64,000 bases of DNA from contig JAJPIA010000011.1 of NCBI GenBank assembly GCA_021324975.1, forward strand, positions 15,984 through 79,983, written 5' to 3'. Below the pieces are notes generated by a model. It saw only the letters and a program-made list of their open reading frames with translations, did no database searches and was not told the DNA's origin. Of this stretch, positions 59,343 through 64,000 are shown in pieces (the first letter of the stretch is position 1; every line of letters begins with the position of its first letter). A program made the translations under genes and the position numbers. The stretch is from Bacillota bacterium (GTDB lineage: Bacteria > Sysuimicrobiota > Sysuimicrobiia > Sysuimicrobiales > Segetimicrobiaceae).

Positions 59343-59578
59343 CAATGCCTCCCCGACGTTCGTCCGCGCCGCGCCGGCCTGCGATCGCCGGCGGGCGTCA
59401 GCCTGATCATCGCCGTCGAGGCCCTGTGACGCCGGCCTCGAAGGCCTGCTCCGCCGACATTTCGCACCGGGTTCATCGACACCTCCGCGGGCGCCGCGCG
59501 GCTCCACGGAGGAATTTCGCGTCCCCGCCGCTCATTTCTTCGGATGGCGCTGCGCCGGCGGATTGGGAGGGGCCGAAC

Positions 59579-60292
59579 ATGAGCCTGCGGGGTCAGACGG
59601 TGGTTGTCTTCGGCGGCGGGCGCGGGCTCGGCCGGGCGGTGGCGCTTGCAGCAGCCCGTGCCGGCGCCAGCGTCGTCGTGGCCGCGCGAACCCGAGCAGA
59701 CGTCGACGCGGCCGCCGCGGAGGCGCGCGCCCTTGGTGCGGAAGCCACGGCGGTCACGGCCGACGCGCGGCGGCCGGCCGACGTCGAGGCGGTGCTCGCC
59801 GCCGCGGATCATCGTGGCGGCCCGAGCGTCGTCGTCTGCACGGTCGGCCGCAGTTTGGTGAAGCCGTTCGAAGCCTGCACCCTGGACGACTGGCAGGACA
59901 TGATCGACGGCAATCTCACGCCGGCGTTCCTCGTCGCTCAGGCCGCGATGCCGCGGCTGATCGCGCGGGGCGGCGGCCGTCTCGTGCTCGTCGCGTCGCG
60001 CGTCGCGGTGCACGGCGGGGCGATCGCGGCGATCTACGGCGCGGCGAAGGCCGGTGTGGTGGGCCTCGCCCGGTCGCTGGCGCTGCTGGGGAAGCCGCAC
60101 GGTGTCGCGGTAGACGCGATCTGCCCCGGCCCGATGGACACGCCGATGCGCTGGTCGGCGACCCCGGAGTTCGACCGAGCCAAGGTCATCCCGCCCGAAG
60201 CGGTCGCGGATCTCGTCCTCGCCCTCGCGGCGCACCCCGGCGTGAGCCTCGATGAGGCGGTCGTCCCGGCGGCGGTGACGTATGACGCCTGA
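59579..60292 (+). CDS. SDR family oxidoreductase
   Basis: VVFGGGRGLGRA, YGAAKAG motifs; ATG 59579 with GGGAGGGG SD. C-terminal 237 aa of ORF 58313..60292. Confidence 0.8.
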   Translation: MSLRGQTVVVFGGGRGLGRAVALAAARAGASVVVAARTRADVDAAAAEARALGAEATAVTADARRPADVEAVLAAADHRGGPSVVVCTVGRSLVKPFEACTLDDWQDMIDGNLTPAFLVAQAAMPRLIARGGGRLVLVASRVAVHGGAIAAIYGAAKAGVVGLARSLALLGKPHGVAVDAICPGPMDTPMRWSATPEFDRAKVIPPEAVADLVLALAAHPGVSLDEAVVPAAVTYDA

Positions 60293-60446
60293 GCACGCCG
60301 TGGCGGGGTCCGATCGCGACGACCGGCTCGATCGCCCCGTCCTGGACGACGACTCGCCGTGTCCCGCGTGCGGACGGCCCATGGACCGCCTGTGGTGCCG
60401 CACACGCTGTCCGGCATGCGGATACTTCGAGGGCTGCGAAGACTGA
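60282..60446 (+). CDS. Zinc-ribbon microprotein (54 aa, two CPxCG knuckles)
   Basis: ATG overlaps the SDR stop codon. MTPEHAVAGSDRDDRLDRPVLDDDSPCPACGRPMDRLWCRTRCPACGYFEGCED; high GC3; not in the ORF track because it is under 60 aa. Confidence 0.45.
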   Translation: MTPEHAVAGSDRDDRLDRPVLDDDSPCPACGRPMDRLWCRTRCPACGYFEGCED

Positions 60447-60463
60447 TGCCCAAGGAGTGAACA

Positions 60464-61513
60464 ATGTACGAGTTGGTGAAGCGGCTGACCGAGCTCACGG
60501 GGCCAACCGGGTACGAAGACGAGGTCCAGGCCTGGGTCGCGGACACGTGGCGTGAGCGCGGCCTACGCGTGGAGCGCACGCCGATCGGCAATCTCATGGC
60601 CCGCGTCGGCGGAACCGGGCCCAAGCTCCTGATCGGCGCGCACGCGGACGAGATCTGCTTCCGCGTCAAGAGCGTCGACGAGCAGGGCTTTGTCTGGTTG
60701 ACCGCCGGGCGCGGCATGGGCGAGCAGCGGTTGCCCGAGCCGGTGCCGCTCGGGCTCGTCGCGGAGATCCTCACGGAGGCGGGGGTTGTGCGCGGAACGT
60801 TCGTCACCGTGACGGGGCATGTCATGACCCGCCAGCAGCGAGGCCGCGCCGAGCGCCACGGCATGGATTGGATGGATTTTTACGTCGACATCGGCGCGCG
60901 GACGCGCGCGGACGCCGAATCGCTCGGCGTCCACCCCGGCTGTGCGGTGATCAACGCGGTCACGACGCGGCGCGAGGGGCGCAACATCGTGGGCAAGGCG
61001 ATGGACGATCGCGCCGCACTCGCGATCATGACCGCGATGCTCGAAGGGCTGGATCGGTCGCGGCTCCGCTACGAGGTGTGGTTTACTTCCACGGTTGCCG
61101 AGGAGATCGGCCTCATCGGCGCGCGTTCCGTGGCGGCCGGGTTTGACCTCGGCCTCATCGTCGAAGTGGGGCTCGCGGGCGACATCCCGCTGGTCGATCG
61201 GCGGCAGATGCCGGTATCGCTCGGTGCGGGGCCCGTCGTCGTGCACAAGGACATGTCGCTGCCCTACAGCGCGGCGCCCACGCGGGCCCTGATCCAGGTG
61301 GCGCGCACCGCCGGCATCCCCTTTCAGCACGCGGTGTTTCAAAACTTTGCGAGCGATGGGCGCGAGTGGATCCAGGAAGGCGTGCCCACGGCGATGGTCG
61401 CGTTTCCGTGCCGGTACACGCACAGTCCCAACGAGACCGTGGACGAGTCGGACCTTGCGCGCACGGTCGATCTGCTGCGCGCGTTTGTCACCACCCCGGG
61501 GGATCGCGGCTAG
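60464..61513 (+). CDS. M42 family aminopeptidase (FrvX/glutamyl aminopeptidase-like)
   Basis: M42 metal-binding motifs (GAHADEI, EEIGLIGA, HSP). Confidence 0.85.
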   Translation: MYELVKRLTELTGPTGYEDEVQAWVADTWRERGLRVERTPIGNLMARVGGTGPKLLIGAHADEICFRVKSVDEQGFVWLTAGRGMGEQRLPEPVPLGLVAEILTEAGVVRGTFVTVTGHVMTRQQRGRAERHGMDWMDFYVDIGARTRADAESLGVHPGCAVINAVTTRREGRNIVGKAMDDRAALAIMTAMLEGLDRSRLRYEVWFTSTVAEEIGLIGARSVAAGFDLGLIVEVGLAGDIPLVDRRQMPVSLGAGPVVVHKDMSLPYSAAPTRALIQVARTAGIPFQHAVFQNFASDGREWIQEGVPTAMVAFPCRYTHSPNETVDESDLARTVDLLRAFVTTPGDRG

Positions 61514-61554
61514 GTCGCCGGGCCCCGTCCGCCGCTGGGAACAATGGTAGCGGG

Positions 61555-62277
61555 ATGGCGCGCGTTCTCGTCGGCACCTCGGGGTGGAACTATCCGCACT
61601 GGCGCACCCGGTTCTACCCGCGGGACGTCGCGGTCAGCGCGTGGCTGGGGTACTATGCCCGCCGCTTCCCCACGGTGGAGGTCAACAACACGTTCTATCG
61701 CCTCCCGGAGGCGCGCGTCTTCCGCGCGTGGCAGGCGGCCGTCCCACGATCCTTTGTGTTCGCCGTCAAGGCGAGCCGGTTTATAACGCACATCCGCCGC
61801 CTCCGGCTCAGCCGGGCGCCCGTCCGGCTCCTCCTGACGCGCGCCCGGCCGCTTGGCCGGGCGCGCGGGCCGATCCTCTTCCAGCTTCCTCCGACATTCG
61901 GGCGCGACGACGCGCGGCTCGCGGACCTGCTTAGGTCGCTGCCGGCGGGCCCGCGGTACGCGATCGAGTTCCGCCACGTCTCCTGGCACTGCGACGCGGT
62001 GTATGACATGCTCCGGCGCGACCGCGTCGCGTGCTGCGTGAGCCACGGTCCGGACATCCCGTTGCGCCTCGTCCGGACGGCGCCGTTCGTCTACGCCAGG
62101 TTCCACGGCCCCGGCGGCATCGGCGCCGGGTGCTACACGGACGCGGCGCTGCGGCGCTGGGCGGGCCGGCTTCGCGAGCTCTGCGGCGGCGGCGCCTACG
62201 TGTACTTCAACAACGACCAGGAGGGCTACGCCGTGGCCAACGCCACGCGCCTGGCGGAGCTCCTCGCGCGAGATTGA
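61555..62277 (+). CDS. DUF72 family protein (YecE-like)
   Basis: MARVLVGTSGWNYPHW N-terminus diagnostic of DUF72; ATG 61555 inside ORF 61366..62277. Confidence 0.8.
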   Translation: MARVLVGTSGWNYPHWRTRFYPRDVAVSAWLGYYARRFPTVEVNNTFYRLPEARVFRAWQAAVPRSFVFAVKASRFITHIRRLRLSRAPVRLLLTRARPLGRARGPILFQLPPTFGRDDARLADLLRSLPAGPRYAIEFRHVSWHCDAVYDMLRRDRVACCVSHGPDIPLRLVRTAPFVYARFHGPGGIGAGCYTDAALRRWAGRLRELCGGGAYVYFNNDQEGYAVANATRLAELLARD

Positions 62278-62305
62278 CACTCCCACGCGCAAGGCCGGCC
62301 GGTGC

Positions 62306-63082
62306 CTACGCCAGCCGGAACACTCCCGGCTTGACCTCCGGGAACCGCTGCCACACTTCCCCGTCGTGGCCGGGGCAGATCCGGTTTTCGTCGCCGCCCG
62401 CGAGCGTACGGATCCGCTCCATCGCCTCGAGGCACTCAGCGATGCTGCCGAGGTGGATCGCGGGCGGCGCCCACTCGCGCAGGTTGCGGTAGCATGTGAG
62501 CGCGTCGTTCGCGAGCACAAACGGGCCCCCGGCGGTCCGCACCGTCACAATCTGCATCCCGGGTGAATGGCCTCCCACGCGCTCGAGCCCGATCCCGTCC
62601 GCCAGCTCGACGGCTCCGTCCACGATGCGCAGCCGGTTGCCGGCGCGCAGCGTCCCGATGTCGTCTTCGAAACAGTCGCTCAGAAACCGGCGGTGCCATC
62701 GCTCCGCGGCGCCGTACCCCGTCCAGAACTCCAACTCTCGACGCTGGACGACGAACGTCGCCTTGGGGAAGAGGCCTTCCAGGTCGAAGTGGTCCCAGTG
62801 CAGGTGCGTGAGGACGACGGTCGAGACGGCCGCCGGGTCCACCCCGGCCGTTTCCAGCAATTCATCCCGGGTCCGCATCTGATCCACCGGCACGCCCTTG
62901 AGCTTGCCGAGGCGATGCGTGAACCCGGTGTCGACGACGATCGGGCCCTCCGGCGTCCGGAGCACCCACACAAAATACGCCGACGTCGTCGTTTCCCCCG
63001 CCGGGTGCAGGTACATCCGCGTCGACCAATCCACGGTCCGCCCGCCGGCGCTCAGCGCCTCGATCCCACACGTCGCGGCCAT
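62306..63082 (-). CDS. MBL-fold metallo-hydrolase (N-acyl homoserine lactonase-like)
   Basis: HLHWDH zinc motif plus downstream His/Asp ligands; ATG 63082 with GAGGAGGAG SD. Confidence 0.75.
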   Translation of the reverse strand: MAATCGIEALSAGGRTVDWSTRMYLHPAGETTTSAYFVWVLRTPEGPIVVDTGFTHRLGKLKGVPVDQMRTRDELLETAGVDPAAVSTVVLTHLHWDHFDLEGLFPKATFVVQRRELEFWTGYGAAERWHRRFLSDCFEDDIGTLRAGNRLRIVDGAVELADGIGLERVGGHSPGMQIVTVRTAGGPFVLANDALTCYRNLREWAPPAIHLGSIAECLEAMERIRTLAGGDENRICPGHDGEVWQRFPEVKPGVFRLA

Positions 63083-63293
63083 TCGCTCCTCCTCACGCGC
63101 CTCAGATCCGCGTGCTCGAAAGTTCAGGCGGCGTTCGCGCCGCGGACACGTTCCCGCACTCCTTCGGCAGTGGCACGGTTTCTCCTTACGCGCGCACGCG
63201 ATGACAGGGACGCATCGCGCGGCCATCGAAAGGGGCTGCGCCCGGCGTTCCCGCGTAGCGCCCGCGCCATACCTTGTCACGTGGAGGTTGCCG

Positions 63294-64000
63294 ATGGACG
63301 GCACGGCCAGAGTTGCGATGGTCACGGGGGCCGGGACGGGCATCGGCCGTGCGGCCGCGCTCGCGCTCGTCGAGGCGGGGTACGCGGTGGTCTTGGCCGG
63401 ACGCCATCGGGAGTCGCTGGAGGGGACGGCCCGGTCCGCGCCGGCGGGTGCACGCACCTTGGTCGTGCCCACGGACGTTTCCGACCCCGCCGCCGTCAAG
63501 GCCTTGTTCGCCGCCACAAAGGACGCGTGCGGCCGCCTGGACGTGCTGTTCAACAACGCCGGCATCGGCGCGCCCGCGATCCCGCTCGAGGATCTCTCCT
63601 ACGAGCAGTGGCGCGCCGTGGTGGAGACCAATCTCACCGGCGCGTTCCTCTGCACCCAGGAAGCGTTCCGCCTGATGAAGGCCCAGGCGCCCCGGGGGGG
63701 ACGCATCATCAACAACGGCTCGATCTCCGCGCACACTCCCCGCCCCTACTCGGCGCCGTATACGGCGACGAAGCACGCGATCACCGGCCTCACCAAGTCA
63801 ACCTCGCTCGACGGCCGCCGGTACGACATCGCGTGCGGGCAGATCGACATCGGCAACGCGGCCACGGACATGACGGCGCGGATGGAGGCCGGCGTCCCCC
63901 AGGCGGACGGGTCCATGCGCCCCGAGCCACGGATGGATCTCGTCCACGTGGCGCGCGCCGTCGTGTACATGGCGAACCTGCCGCTCGAGGCGAACGTCCA
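63294..64000 (+). CDS. SDR family oxidoreductase (3' end beyond the window)
   Basis: [21 protein letters not shown] motifs; GGAGG SD before ATG 63294; runs off the window end. Confidence 0.75.
   Translation, partial: MDGTARVAMVTGAGTGIGRAAALALVEAGYAVVLAGRHRESLEGTARSAPAGARTLVVPTDVSDPAAVKALFAATKDACGRLDVLFNNAGIGAPAIPLEDLSYEQWRAVVETNLTGAFLCTQEAFRLMKAQAPRGGRIINNGSISAHTPRPYSAPYTATKHAITGLTKSTSLDGRRYDIACGQIDIGNAATDMTARMEAGVPQADGSMRPEPRMDLVHVARAVVYMANLPLEANV

Noticed and set aside
58313-59578. N-terminal 420 codons of ORF 58313..60292
   Set aside because: It is antisense to the GGT remnant. The SDR gene begins at ATG 59579, which has a GGGAGGGG SD.

Overview
This is a 64-kb window from a high-GC (about 70%) bacterial chromosome; the organism cannot be identified from the sequence. 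Ribosome-binding sites are GGAGG-type. One Tat signal peptide is present. An RND pump occurs without an outer-membrane-factor gene.

The centrepiece is a complete but atypically organised type I-G (I-U)-like CRISPR-Cas locus on the minus strand (39077-51341). It consists of a 27-repeat, 26-spacer array with 36-bp repeats, a leader, cas2, a cas4-cas1 fusion, a Cas8u/Csx17-like gene, a cas3 with C-terminal HD domain, a Csb2-type cas5/6 fusion and a Csb1-type cas7. The Cas8u-like gene and the cas4-cas1 fusion are separated by an embedded HEPN/MNT toxin-antitoxin insert: one intact pair plus a decayed extra MNT copy. As assembled, the cas7 5' end carries an apparent 1-bp homopolymer frameshift. 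The cas locus together with a divergently transcribed rmuC sits on a roughly 14-kb lower-GC island (about 58-60% GC versus about 70% in the flanks), which points to horizontal acquisition.

The rest of the window is ordinary high-GC chromosomal content. It includes a GntR(HutC)-controlled sugar/amino-sugar-like utilisation cluster with a sugar ABC transporter, a PIG-L deacetylase, a ROK kinase and a SIS protein. There are two peptide-type ABC uptake cassettes that lack ATPase genes. Also present are pgi, agmatinase, formamidase, an MlrC-like peptidase, an AcrAB-like RND pump, one intact gamma-glutamyltransferase plus a decayed paralogue, aquaporin Z, several SDRs, an M20 peptidase and an M42 peptidase. 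Three decayed genes (pseudogene candidates) and several unannotated microproteins are noted.

Many long ORFs in the supplied six-frame track are antisense or alternate-frame artefacts of the high GC content. The ORFs inside the CRISPR array are translations of the repeat.
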